Below, piece after piece: positions 25,664-39,116 of a stretch of DNA of 64,000 bases. The number at the start of each line of letters is the position of its first letter. The first letter of the stretch is position 1. Below the pieces are notes generated by a model. That model saw only the letters and a program-made list of their open reading frames with translations. It was not told the origin of the DNA and did no database searches. This DNA is from Lepidodermella squamata (Eukaryota; Animalia; Gastrotricha), in NCBI GenBank assembly GCA_047495785.1, contig JBLDXI010000002.1:1426001-1490000 (forward strand). Direction: 5' to 3'. The translations under genes and the position numbers were made by a program.

Positions 25664-28600
25664 TCACAGCGTCACCAAGTCAGAGTCCGAATCGTGAGCC
25701 GCCTGCTGGTGAGCTTCGTTGTGCGACTGGTCCGGGCCTCGCCTCGGCTGCTGCGGAGTCTCGGTGACTGGAGCCGCAACGCCGGTCATCGGGTCGTCGG
25801 CGTCGTCGAACGCCACGCCCACCGCATCGTCATCCTCGTCAGCCCCGCCGGCTAGCGCATCCTCATAACTGGCATCCGGGGCGTCGTGCATAGCTGAACT
25901 TGACGCTCTTTCCATTTCATCTTCGAAATCTGCAAAAATATGCAAATACATTTAGATACAATCCATCTTAAAAATCCGATGTACATTCAAAAAATTGAAA
26001 AAATAATTGGCAGCATTCGTAAGAGTTCGATCTAATTGTTAAGATTGAGGAAATTTTAAGGCTACGGATACAAAATTTTGGATTTTAAGACAAATCTAGT
26101 GAACAACCGCACCTTTTACGGTGGATCTTTTTAGACGATCCAACTTAACTGGAACCACTTGAAAATATTGGTCAGGCTATTAGTCGGTCTAATCAGATCC
26201 ATCCTAAAAAGTGCGATTTTCTGACTTTTATTTACTTTTGACTTTCACATTTCCTTCACTTGAATTCTCGTTTGGAATCTTCAAACTCATTTTCATCAAG
26301 CTGAAAACTACGGCCACGGAGTTGCCCCAGAATTAAAGCTACCCCAATTTCCCGTTATTTCACCGAACAAAATCCGAAAAATGGTAAATGGCTCGGTAAT
26401 TTCGGCTTTTTACCTGATTTCTTCCGAATTTCTCCGCATTTTTTATTACAGAAAATGCATAGCTGATTAGCATTTTTATGACCGTTAACACTCATCCTGG
26501 ACCTCATTTTGGACCTTTTTTATCTTTTTTTTCCGTGTTAACTTTACTTGGGCTACAGATAAGACCCTGAAATTAGATTAGCATGAATAACTCACTGTCG
26601 TCATCTTCGTTGCTGTTGTACATGTCCTCATCGGACGGCTGCTGGTCGTCATCCTCGTCCTCCTCATCGTCGCCGTCATGCATGAGATCGCGAACATCCG
26701 ACGTGGCATCGGCCGAGCCGGGCAGCCCGCCGCCGAACGCCGCCGATAGGAAGCTATCAGAACCGCCCAACGTACCGCCACCGCCCGCGCCGTCATTGAC
26801 GCCCATCGTCACGGTGAAAGACTCGCCAGGCAGCGCCATGGCGGCGACGAGCGACGACGTCGGCGCCGAGAACCGGTGGCCGATCGAGCTGAAGTCGAAG
26901 CTGTCCGAACTAGACCCGCCCGTTAGCAACACGCCGCCAGCCGAGCCGGGTATACTAGAATTAAGGTGGCCACCCGCGGCCGAGTCACCTATCGCAGCCG
27001 ACGGTGGCACTGAGGAAGAACCGGAAGCTTGGAGAGGGACCGGCGGTGGGGCTGTATGGCAAACCAGCTCTCGAACTTGAACCGCCATCGCCGAGCCAGC
27101 AGTCAATTGTGACGCCCAGATGAAACTGAGCTGGGCCTGGGCGGTATCACCCAGTGCCTCGTAGACCTTACCCTGCAACATGTAGGCCATCGCCTCACGC
27201 GGGGCGACCGACTTCAACTCAGCCAGGACCCGCAACGCGTCTCGATGTTGCCGCATGCAGTAGAAAATGCGAGCCCGGTTGAACAGGGCCGACGGGTCTT
27301 TCGGCTTGAGGACCAGCGCCCGGTCGATGGCGAGCAGGGCCGAGTGGTCATGATGCAACGCGTGAAGGACGAGAGCGAGTTGAGTGTAGATTGTCACGTT
27401 ACCCGGGTTGATTTGAACGGCCCGGTCGAGGCTGACAACAGCGTCGTGAAATTGCTTGCGCTTATACTGCAGCTGGCCTAAACCGACCAGGGCCGCGTAA
27501 TTCCTCGGATCGGCGGCGAACGCCTTCCTGAAGCGGACTTCAGCCCGGTCGAGGTCGTCGCCTAACAAATGTTCATACCCGGCTAGAATGTGAGCGTAGG
27601 AAGAGCAGGACCGTTTTTCATCGTCCAACTGGACAGCCCGGTCAAAAGACCGAATCGCCCTAGCCCGTTCTTTTTCGAGGCTCATCGCGTTACCAATCGC
27701 GATCCAAGTTTGAGGACGTAACGGCTGGACACGTTCGAGATCGAGGGCGAGGTGAACGAGGTCATTAACGCGTTGAAGCCGCCAAAGCGCTGAGGAATAC
27801 CGGTCCATTCCGATCAGCCAGGCCGGGTCGATTCGGTGCAGCTCGGCGTAGACCTCAACTGCGTTTTCAAAGTGACCAGCCTCGTAATGAGCCCTCGCGA
27901 CCATAGAGGCGATTAAGGGGGTTTTCGCGTGTTTCGGCGGTACTAAATCCAACTCGCCGATAGCCCGGTGACACGCGTATGACGTCAAAGCTGCGTAGGC
28001 TGAACCAAGTCGCGCGATAACTGGGATAATTGCTGACAAAGTTTTCCATTGAACTTGGACAGATAAGGTGGATGAGTCGCGATTTGAGTCTTCGGACGCG
28101 ACCGACGGGGATTGCTGCGAGGCGGTTGACGGCGTTTTTGAGCTGTTCGAGGTGAGCGCAGAGCTCTCCGACGCCTTTATCGCCTGTTGGAAGCTAAGAA
28201 TTTCGGCGGGCGACGACTCTTTCGAGGCGTCGTTGATCGCCTCGATACGCTGGTGGATCGAGCCAAGCGGGTCGCGGGTGCTCTTAGTGCCGCCGCTCTG
28301 CGTAGTCGCTTGCTGGCGCGTTTTCAAATTCTCGTTGTCGGTCATTCGCAGCTGCCGCGCGCGCGATGAAGAGGTCGAGGAAGTGGTCGAGGAGACCGAG
28401 CTAGTCGTTGTATTTGCGACGTTCGAGGTTGACCCGGTTGAGCCGGTAGATGGGCGCATCCGGGTTGCAGCCCGGCCGGCGCCGCTTGTGGGGGCTGAGG
28501 TCGAAGGTTGGCTGGTAGGAGGTCCACTTGATTCAGTCTGACCGCGGTTATTCTCCTTAACCGCTGCCTGAAGGCGCTGTGAACGACGCACCGGGCCACC

Positions 28601-30951
28601 TAAAATGGAATAAAAAACAATGTAAAAAATAACGAAAATGACTTGGCTACACCGTGTTAGACTTTTTTGACACTTAAAGCTTTGATTTTCAAAATTTTCA
28701 ATACTGAAATTTTAAGAACCCATCTGTCAATTTTAAAAGGATTTATCATTGAATTAGGAAATTAGCCAAAAATTCATCATTTTCAAGCTGTTGTTCGCTT
28801 TGATGAAAAATAGCATTCAGTTTCCATCATTATCTTTTTTTTATCAGCTGTGATGTTTTGACTGCCTGAGAAAATTTCGAAAATTAATACTGGAATCGAT
28901 TTATAGGCTCCATGCAAAAATTATGCTTAACGGTAAAATTAACGGAGAAATCTAAAGATCAGACTCAAAATTCACAATTGTTTAGGTCAGCTAGAGAAAA
29001 ATTGATCCTCATGGAACTTTGAACGCTCAAATCAGAAATAATTCCAGAAAAAATCAGAAATTTACCTGAGTTTGATGAACCTTGGTCTGACATAGGATTG
29101 ACGGAGGCTAGAATGTGGCGATTGGTGTTGACAGTCGACGAGCCACTGCCAACCGAAGAAATACTCGAGGTTGAGCCACTGGCCAGCGTCGCCAGGTTCG
29201 AGTCGCCCGGCCTGCCGCCACGACCCGCCGGCGCTGTGAGCCGCGACCGGAACGGCACGCGTTTCGCCGGCGCAGGCGGCGGGTGTTGCTGCAAGCTCGA
29301 CCGCTTCGTCGCCGGCTGCACGACGTTACCGGACGTCGACGCCGGGGTGGTTGAGCACGAGTCGACCTCCATCTGGCCCGGGGTCGACGAGGTAGTGTTA
29401 TTGGCCGGCAACTTCGGCGACGGTTGAGCGGACGACGGTGGCGCGATTATGTGACTGGTCGCCGTGGCTGGCGGCAGTTTTTGGCACTGGAGCTGAAGAA
29501 GACTGAACTCGGAGAGCGAGGTTGGCGAGGCTAGATTGATTGCCGAGGCAATCGCGTTCTGGTTGTTCAGTTGGCGCAGGACGGTATTGGCCTGACCGGG
29601 TTTGACAGCGCCCATGTCGCACAGTTGAGCATAGGCGTTCCACAGCAACGGGTTCACAGCTACCGCCCGCTCTAGAAAACGTTTCGCCCGCTCCGGCCTG
29701 CCCGTTCGCATGCAAATATTCGCCAGTAATTCGTAGGCGAACGACTCGATTTCGCCGAAACCGGCTAGTAACTCCGGGTTATTAGCGGCGTCGAGTATTG
29801 CGGGATTGTTGGCTGTTACGTTGGCACCTGGGGTCGATAGGACACCACCGGGTGTTTGCGACGATGTGCTGTTGAGGTTCGAGTTGGTTGAGGCGATCGA
29901 CGGTGTGCGGCCGATGAGCGCGTCCTCGGCCTCGGCGAATTTCTCCAGGTGGAAGCAGCATTTCGCGAGGAGGAATTTGGCGCGGGGCGTGTTGAGCCGG
30001 AACTGCGACGCGCCAATGCATTTCGAGAGCAACACATAGGCGTGGGAAATGTCGCCCGATCTGAAGTAGCACGTTGCCAGCAGACTCAACGAGTTTTCAT
30101 TTCCAACTGCAAAAACCAAAACTCATTTAAAAAATTGATCGCAAAAATAGGTAAGCACGGCGAAAGGTGGAACTTTAATTTGACTAATTTGAAGTGGAAG
30201 GTGGAGTTTGGCAACAATTTTGAATTAGCGAGATTCCGCAAGATCAAGATCGATAAAATTTTAGAAAATACGCTCAAATTTAATTTTGCACATATTTCAA
30301 TGATCCACCTTATTTTAAATTATATTAATATTCTTAAACACTCATTCGATCTATTTTCAAGGTATTTTAAGGTGAGAAATATTGATAGTGCCTCCACCTC
30401 AACCTTTAACGCTGTGAATTTTCAGCAATAATGTGGCGTTTTCGCCTTTTAAGGAGGGGAGCATCCCAGGTTTCGAATTTAGAAATTTCCAATCAATGAA
30501 CTTGTTCAAGGCAAGACGACAGCTAACAATTCGGAAAGCCCTACTTTTTACTTTTAGCGATCACTTCTCTCTTCTCACAAGTACATACCTAATAACATTA
30601 TCAGAATACATGGCCTTATTCCTGTTAGAGTACATATTATGCCTCGTTGGTTCTACAGGATGGAGATGCAAATATTGACTTATGAAAGATTCTTAAGGAG
30701 GAATATTCGAAAAACATGTTTGCTTAGGAAATACATGGCAACATGAGTAAAATTTTAATTTCGTAAATTCAACAAAATTAGATCATCGATTTCGACAAAA
30801 TCAGGTCTAAAAACTGGAATCAATTGTTGAGAAAATTCTGCTTACCTTCAGCATGCAATCTTTCAGCCAAAAATGAGGCATTCTCATAGGCGAAGTTGTT
30901 CAGAGAATGCCAAACCGCCTGCTCGGCGGCATCGAGAGTTTGGCAAACCAT
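25664..30951 (-). CDS. CDC27: Anaphase-promoting complex subunit Cdc27/APC3 (exons 30951-30846, 30107-29066, 28599-26596, 25931-25664)
   Basis: Exon 1 QAVWHSLNNFAYENASFLAERLHAE; LLATCYFRSG, FLLAKCC, NPLLWNAYAQLCDMG; C-terminal TPRs GMDRYSSALW, PQTWIAIGN, YAHILAGYE, PRNYAALVGLG. Confidence 0.92.
26108..26215. repeat. Imperfect foldback (MITE-like) in the last CDC27 intron
   Basis: cgcaccttttacggtggatctttttagac pairs with the reverse complement of gtctaatcagatccatcctaaaaagtgcg at 24 of 29 positions. Confidence 0.7.
26361..26450 (-). repeat. Inverted copy of the dispersed repeat seen at 8111 and 8466
   Basis: Reverse complement aataaaaaatgcggagaaatt..ggtaaaaagccgaaattaccgagcca..accat aligns with 8111-8180. 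Confidence 0.7.
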
Positions 30952-31292
30952 AACGCACAGCGAAAAGTTACGTTTGACGACTCAGCCTTCCAGTTTTCAA
31001 TTAATAAACTATAAAAATAAAACAGAAAACTTAATTTCATCAAAAACCTTGTCATATTTTCTTCTTATTTCTCATCAAACTTCAATTTTTTCTAGTTACT
31101 TGGTAAAGGAAAAACAAAGCCGATTTCTTTATACAGCGAGTCAAACGCACAAAAGAGCACAGGAAATTGCAAGTATTTTTTTTACATATTTTCCAAAATC
31201 GAAAAAAGTGTCAGGTTTTGGTTATTTTTTTCTTGCTAAAAAACAGCAGTGTTTCAACACGTGTTGCGCACACAACAAGAAACGATGGATCA

Positions 31293-34200
31293 TCACCGGT
31301 TGCCAGCCGTTGGCTTCGAGCGGGTTCGCGTCGACCGGCGCGTGGTCGAAGCCGACGAAATCGTAGAGCTAGCCGGCGAGGCCGGGCCAGTTTGCTGGTT
31401 CGTTGTCGTCGTCTCCGAGTCGCCCTGAATCGACGAGGCGCGAGACGAAATCGACGGCGCGTTATGTCGCCGCGTGTGGTACGCCGGCGAGTCGATGCTG
31501 GACAAAGCCGCCGCTAACAATTCGTCCGTTTTCACCGAACGACGCGTCGAGCGGCGTCCAGGCGACGACGGCGCTGAGCTATGCGTGACTGAATCGTCCT
31601 CCCTAATTTTTTCAGGTTCGATTTTCGACGTGGAGCTACTTGCTGCCACGGCGTTCCTCGCCCGTTTCTTCGGCGATGAAGACGGGGTAATCATACCAGG
31701 GAACTCGCCGCTATTCGACGACATAGATTGAGTGCGTTTCCTAGTCGAACGGGGTACTTCAAGCGTTTTCTCAGGCTCTGTCACAAGGATATCAGGCGGT
31801 GGGTGAGTCGGTGTTTTTCGGAGATGGCGACGTGGTGAAACCTTCGCCTGAACTTCTTCAACCGTTTCTGAGACCGACTGAGTCCGTTTGCGGGTCGGCC
31901 GGCTCTTCTCGCTAGCCTCAGACATTGAAACTGACATCGAAGTCGCGCCACTCTCCGAAGATCCAGACAACCGGCGAGACCGGTTACGCGTCGTAATACC
32001 GGCAGTGAAACTTTCCGAGGCGGCGATCGAAGACTGCGGGGATAATCGCTCCACCTCAGTTTGACGGGTCCGCCTTCGAGTCGTGACGCTGGTGGTCGAA
32101 GTCATGGAAATATCAAGATTTCTCTCGCCCGATGTAGACGGCGTGGCTGAGGCGGCCGAACGCGACCTGGTTAGCCGAGCGGGACCTGGTAGGTCCAATC
32201 TCGTCGAAACGATCGAAACAACAGATTCGGATAAAATCGTTGTTTCACTCGTCTCGAGAACGAGCGGTGGGGTGACAGCTTGAGTGTCCTCATGAACCAC
32301 ACGTGGTGGCGAGGCCAGTTTTTCAACAATTACAACAGGTACCATCATCGGCACTTTTTCAACAGGTGAGTCGCTGGTGGAGGGCGGGGCAGTTTTCTCT
32401 AACGGTTCGTTATTTTCTTCCAACGAGCTCGAGGCCGCTTTCTTCTCGTCTTGAACTTCTTGCTTTTTCTTGCTAACTGCGATACGACGAGAGCGACGTA
32501 GTGCCATTTGAGCGGCGAGTCGATTCGGTGAGATGTTACCAACGCTTTTGATTAGTCGGGAGGCCTCACGCCGAGCAACGCTCTCCTCGACTTCCACCCT
32601 AATCTCCGTCTCGCAGGGGATGGGCGATGGGTCTTTCGGGGGAGGTGACGGTGGCTGTTGTTGAGGCTTTTCCTCCTCTTCTGGCTGCACTTCTTGCTGA
32701 TGCGACGATGAGGAGGGTCGAGCCACCTCAGCCATTGGTGACATGTAAACATCCGTCTCCATTTTTTCAGACTCATCTTCGTCACTGGTCAGAACTGAGT
32801 TCTGCAGATTTTGCTGCGGTTCTTCTTCACCTGCGAAAATATATAAAATTTTTACGAATTAGCCACCTTAATGGTCTTTACCTTCATCATTTTCCTCCTC
32901 CATGAATAGATTGGCAGCCTCCTCTTCCTCCTCGGCATCTTCGCCGTAATTCTCAGCCCATTCGTCGTTTTCCAGGTCTTGTACCTCGTCTTCTTCCTCA
33001 TTTTCGCCGATTTCTTCCTCTTCCTCGAACAAATACGACTGCCCAGGGGTCTCATTGACCTCATCACTATCACCGCTGCTGATTTCAACAACATCATCGT
33101 CATCTGAGTCCTCCTCAACCGGCGGGGCTGGCTTGACTGGTTCGGCAATCTTCGGCAATTCGACTGGTTTAGGCGCAACTTTCGCTTCGAATTCCACTTT
33201 GGGTGAGCAAGAGAAGCGAACACTTCGTCGAACAATGCGACGGGCTGCCTTTTGAGCCGGTGACGGTTCTTTGACCGAACTCGGCGCGAACCTTCGTCGC
33301 GTGTTTTGCTGCGGCGTTTCAGGCTGGGCGGAAGTGCTTGGCTCCGCCGAAAACTCCTGCTTTTTCGCCGGCGGCTCGAAATCCGACTCACTTTCGCTCT
33401 CAGTTTCGCCAATTACGATACAGCTTTCGCTTGATTGAACAGCGACTGGTTCGATATTCGCAACCGGGTATGATTTGACAACAGGTGTAATTGGAATGCT
33501 TTCCTCGGAAACAGGTAACTTTTCAGTCTCTGGCTGCGAATCACCCACGAAAAATGAAACTGCCGCAGTATTGGGTGTCGGAGATGGCGAATCGACAAAA
33601 CGGCACTTTTTCGCAGTCGACAGTCTCGGCTTATTCGAAAAGCTAAGAGATGAAGACCGGCGATTTCCAGTGAAGGAACTGGAGCTCGCAATTTTTGACA
33701 AAAGCGGCAGTGGGGCACTACCTCCTGCAAATGGACTGGTTTTCGAGACAATCAGCAGTTTTTCAACCTCTTGCGAGTCGAATTTGTATACAATTTTCTG
33801 ATTTTCATCTTGTTTCTCGAACAAAGACACGGGTAGGATGGAAATAGGGCTGGGTAGGAACATCCACCCGGCTTGCTCCGACCGACTTTTGTCAATAACG
33901 CGTTGGCGAACATATTCTGGCATTTTAGCCAGCTGTTCTTCAACTATAGCGCGTCGTTTGTTTACCAACCGATCGATTTGCGCATTTTGCTCAAGTGATA
34001 CATAGCGCAAATCGTTCGATCGATTCGCAATCGCAAGAGCCTCGGCCAGAAACGGAGCACCGCGTTCAGCGTAGAACGTACACGCCCTTTCAAGCAACAG
34101 CCGTTCTTTCGAAGCGCACATGAACTTGATACATTCCCGTAGAGGATCTACGTCATCAGTTGACCCGATAATGAACGTCGAAATGGCTCGAATGAATGCT

Positions 34201-36686
34201 GAATAAGTCGCGTCGTCGCTTGAGCAAACTTGTTTAAACAGAATATGCAACGCGCTTCGTTTATCTGATTCACTCGGCATGAGAAGACACAACTCAATCG
34301 GCGCTTCAAAGCACCGCTTTCGGGTGAAAATGTGCAGAAACAACGTCAACAATTCAAAATTAGCACCATATGTCCACGTTGTTTTGTCACCTTGTTTGAA
34401 CAGAACTACCAATTGTAGACTGATTTCAAACGCGTTTTCGAGGTCATTCTCCGCCATGTGTCTCAGTAATTGCACTTGATCCTCGGGCGAGTAATTCAAC
34501 GACGAAGGATGAAATTTCAGACATTGACGAATGTGTTGGCCAGGAAATTTTCGGTCCACGAAATTTCCAGCGGCAACAAATCTGACGAAACCAGATGGTA
34601 ATGCGAGAACTTGTTGCAATTCATCTTCCAACTTTGTAATGAACAGTTCGGTAGACAATTCAGTTTGCACAGGAAAAGCAGTCAGAAAAACATAGAGAAG
34701 CATGAAAAAACTATCGTGACTCGAATTTGAAAATGTATTGGATGTGAGCATGTTTATGAAATTTTCCCTCGAACTGACAATGTCGCAAAAAGCGACTTTA
34801 AGGCGACGGTAGAAAAACGGCCTTTCTAGACCACTATCTTGAGGTATCGATTGGAACGCTTCGTTCAGGACAGCGCGGAAGCAAGGTTTGAGCAAAACGA
34901 AAACGGTAGAAATCAAATCCAGAAAAATGCTGAGAATCCGATTCAAATCTCTACTCAGCGAGGCTGAAGATGAAGGCAGACATAAACATAGCCGACTGAT
35001 CAAGCGCATGTCGCTCTCAACCGCCTTTAAATGTTCAGCCGCGTCACATTTTTGAAAAACTAGATCCAAACTAACATCAAGGTCTTTCCTAGCTGCCGTA
35101 GTCCTGTTGAAGAGCCAGTTTCGGAACACAGCTTCGTAATTTTCGTTCAGCAGAACTTTTTTCGCAAAGCGAACAGCCTCTCCTTCGCTTGCGAACTTGA
35201 AGAAGGCATTCAATACAGACTCTTGATGTGAGCAGCCAATCGAATTTCCATCGAACATGTCTATGAGCCCAAGAGTTGTGAGCCTTTCGACGAAATTGAT
35301 CAAATGGGTATCTGATATCCGCGTAAAATCAACATTTGTAGCACAGTTTTTCAGCAGTATTTCCTGTAGAGATTTGTAGCGAACTCGCGTAATTACGTCG
35401 GCACAAATGCACAAGACTTCAAACGATAGAGAGCATGGATAAAGCAAAGGTGAAGTTAGTGGTACCAGCGAAACCCTTGGGCGAAACGCCGCGAGAGAGC
35501 TGGATATTGCGAAAGCGCCCAGCAGTCGATTATCGCCAGCCACGCTTCTCGGAAGCTTGAAGACAGCTAAAAACTTGCTGCCACCAAATACAGGCTCCTT
35601 CAAGTGAAGATTTGCTTGTGATTGCCACGAAAACCATGCGTTTATGTCGAATAGCGCAAAATAGTAATCTGTAGATCGGCCAGTGATGCCTATCTCCCAG
35701 AGAAACGATACAAGATTTGAATTTCCCGGTACTGAATCAGTACTTCCAGATGAGCTATGAACGATTTGTTTTGATGAAGATATGTCGACTAGATAAGCCC
35801 AGGCGTTTTCAGTATCTCCATCAGGAATGTTAGCAGCCAGGTCGTGCACACCCATACATATTACATTGTCGTTTTCTCCTTCCACTCTGAAAACAATAGC
35901 AGCTGAAGATCTGCGTCCATTGGCAGCAGAAACCCAAACAAAGCAAGTTAGTCGAGGATCGTTCTCTGGCTCCGTAGAAACAATAGAGCTAATAGGAAGA
36001 CCTTCGATAGCGTGGCCGAATACTACTTGTTTTGAGGGCACCCGAATTATTGAAAGATAGCCTGATTCGAATCCACAAACCAGGAGTTGCCTTGTCTTGA
36101 TCCAAGATAGTTTTGTAACAGGACATTGACATTGTGGTTCACTATCGAGAGTCTCAATCATCAACAAGTCGAAAGCCGCTTCGTTAAAAAGAACAATTCC
36201 AATGGCTCCAGAGTCTAACCCGAACGCCAAAGCCCACGACTCTGGACGTATTGATGGTTCTACTGGAGTGATGGAGGTGACGCGACCAGGAAATGCCGAT
36301 ATTTTTTCGTAAACATCGCTCATCGATGACAGGTCTATTATCCGTAGAGTTGATTCTGCAGATTGACGATCGAAAATGCACAGAGCGACGCAATTCTCAC
36401 TCCCGGCTCCAGATGGAAGAAAGCACATCGCTGATACCTCACAGTGCTCTTCGAGTGTCAGAAGTAGACGCGCCGATTTAGGATAAGTCGCCCATACTTC
36501 GTTTTCATTGGTAACAATGACAAAGTTCAGTCGGTCTGAAATATGAAGAGGGGAGTGAATCCAAAATAATTATGAAGTAAAATATGTACCACTATCTGAA
36601 ATGAAACGCGTCTGCTTATGGAGAATGTCGAACGAGGATGAATCAGTTACGACACCATGGGCGAGTGAAAACTTCTTGACATCCAT
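31293..36686 (-). CDS. AHCTF1: Nucleoporin ELYS/MEL-28-like (exons 36686-36590, 36536-32882, 32830-31293)
   Basis: Beta-propeller region with EPENDPRLTCFVWV and FDINAW motifs typical of ELYS, helical middle domain, RSVRF PP1-docking motif, acidic tract and long Ser/Arg-rich tail. Confidence 0.85.
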
Positions 36687-37750
36687 GCCCTCAGTTTAAC
36701 ACCCTATATCAGAAACAAGCCATTCAAACTGAGAAGAAGTCCAGCATTAGATATGATGGGCGGTGGGCAGTGGGTGGTAATGCAATGCAAGGTGTTGGCA
36801 GCAGGCAAGATTTAAGAGGTGTAAGACTGTCTTCTCTGCTGTGTGAGGTCAGAGCGATGATGATGTCCTCTCGAAGCAGCGCTCTTTTTCGGTGCTAAAA
36901 ATATCATTTCATTTTTCTCGATGTTTTCCCGTTAATTTTGGAGAAAATTTTATTTTTATTAATGTTTTAGGTTACTAAGGTTGTTAAATGCCAAAATAAT
37001 TTATTTCAGCGACTTTGAAAATATTTTTACAAAAAATGATCTTCACAAATGATTCCGTTCGCCAGCCAACATTTTTTGTTTTCTGTGTTTCAGAGAAACG
37101 TCATCAGCATAGCGCACTTACGTCGCGTTATCGACTCCGTCTTGTAATGAAAAGCCGCTTGGCGTGATCAACCGTCAAGATTTAACGCAAGGCCAGTTCT
37201 TAAAATCAACTGGGTCCACGTTCCACATCAAAATGAGCAGCTCTTTTCTTCATCTTGCCGTGTCTAAGCAGGCCTCCCATACCATAAAAGTGCCTCGGAA
37301 CTCGGAATATTTACCTTTACAGAGTTTCTCGCCCACTTGATGCGCAGTAGAGCTACCTGTTAGCTGTTCAAGATTATTTTCAAGGTTATGTTCAAATCGA
37401 GATACAGGCTTTGCATTTATAGCTGCTGCATTCAAGTATCAAATGCTACCAAAAATAAGATATTTCATCACTATTCTTTTCTAAATCAATATCTTTATTT
37501 ATACAGCTTTCAAACTTTCTTGCAAAGAATGCTTCTATTCTTTAGGTCTCTAGACCTCTGCGCCTTGGTAACTGTAATAATTCTTTGTTCCATAGGCCAT
37601 AGGCCAGCATTTAGCGGTACGTACTTATTGCGAATCTCTTGCTACTTTAAACTTGTTACCTTATGTGTTGTTTGTACCTATGATTTAGGCGCCGTTTTAT
37701 CTTGCCGTATTCGTTGCATCGTCAAACGCAGATATTTTCGATCACTGGAC

Positions 37751-38842
37751 ATGGAAAAGTACCTCAATCGTTTACGGGGATTCATCGGCGCCCTTGCTTT
37801 ACTGTCCAGTTCATTTTTCGGCTCACTGAATTTTCTCACTCCGGCGTTGCCTCTGGCATTTATTCCGAGTTTACATCATGTATTTCGAATCTATACCGAC
37901 TTCTGGGTTTCAGCGTGGTTAACCTATGCGATAGCCGTCATGCGGATATTCCACCGTGTTAACATAGTTACACACGGCGATCACTTCTTGAATTTCGAAA
38001 AAGCATTGATTGTGATGAATCACCGAACACGCCTCGACTGGTTTTACTTTTGGTCGCCCATCCTTTCTGACGACTGTTTGTTCGATCTCAAGATTGCGCT
38101 GAAGCGAACCCTTGCTCGCATTCCTGGAGCAGGCTGGGCGCAGCAATTGAGCGCTTTTCTTTTCTTGAATCGCCGAGCTGAAGTTGATTTGCCGAGAATT
38201 TCTGACTACCTCACCTATTTGAGCAATTTCCGCGACAGATCATTCAAACTACTTGTTTTTCCGGAAGGCACAGACTACTGTGACATTTCGAAAGCTCGCA
38301 GTGACGCTTTCGCTGACAAATCGTGTCTACCTCGCTACGAATATGTGTTGCATCCGAGAACAACGGGAGCGGACTTTGCTTTCAATGTGCTCACTGAGAA
38401 AGATTCTCTTGACGCCATCTACGATGTAACCATAGCGTACGATGGCCCTTTTCCATGTAGCGAACTTGCTGTAGTAACAGGAGATCTGCCTCAAACTGTG
38501 AGATTCTTTGTTAAACGTTATCCCGCGGACGCCGTGAAGGAAGTTGGACCAACAAAGTTTTGGCAAAATTTATGGGCTGAGAAGGAGGAGTTTTTACGGG
38601 CTTACTACAACGGTGAAAAGACTGACATCGGGAAGGGCCGCTCTGAAGGATTGATGGCCAATTTTATCGAATGGACAGCGCTCATCCTTTGGACTGCCTA
38701 TCTGGCGTTGCTATATTTCGTTATTTTGCCTCGTTTTTGGCACTTCTATCTCGTTGCTGCAATCGCCTATTTCATTTGGAGCGAATTCACGCCCAACAGT
38801 ATCGATGGTACTATCATTAAAGCCGGCTTGAACAGAAAATAG
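37751..38842 (+). CDS. LCLAT1: Lysocardiolipin acyltransferase (no intron in CDS)
   Basis: MNHRTRLDW, IPGAGWAQQ, FPEGTD, YVLHPRTTG, LDAIYDVTIAY acyltransferase motifs; likely start MEKYLNRLRG at 37751. Confidence 0.92.
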   Translation: MEKYLNRLRGFIGALALLSSSFFGSLNFLTPALPLAFIPSLHHVFRIYTDFWVSAWLTYAIAVMRIFHRVNIVTHGDHFLNFEKALIVMNHRTRLDWFYFWSPILSDDCLFDLKIALKRTLARIPGAGWAQQLSAFLFLNRRAEVDLPRISDYLTYLSNFRDRSFKLLVFPEGTDYCDISKARSDAFADKSCLPRYEYVLHPRTTGADFAFNVLTEKDSLDAIYDVTIAYDGPFPCSELAVVTGDLPQTVRFFVKRYPADAVKEVGPTKFWQNLWAEKEEFLRAYYNGEKTDIGKGRSEGLMANFIEWTALILWTAYLALLYFVILPRFWHFYLVAAIAYFIWSEFTPNSIDGTIIKAGLNRK

Positions 38843-39116
38843 CTATTTTTGCTGTCGGGAATTCAAGCTTTACATTGCAACAAATGCTATACACATGCTC
38901 GGTCTCTTCTATGAAATGACAATATTACTTATGTGTGTTTGATATTATGAAAAATTAGAACTTATTTATACACAATTGTGCCGTCCCCAGTTGTTTCAAT
39001 CAGTCTATTTCGAAAATTGCTATTTTTTGTTGTTTTCCCAGCTATTTCTTGGTAAAGGTTCTGCATCTTTTAATGCTATATTTGTTCAATTTTTTAGAAT
39101 TTGACTAACTAATTTC

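Noticed and set aside
26578-33801. Many antisense and alternate-frame ORFs over CDC27 and ELYS
   Set aside because: Shadows of GC-rich low-complexity coding sequence with no recognisable domains.
37388-37750. 121-codon N-terminal extension of LCLAT1 in the ORF track
   Set aside because: AT-rich, contains splice-like signals and no family motifs; similarity begins at MEKYL (37751).
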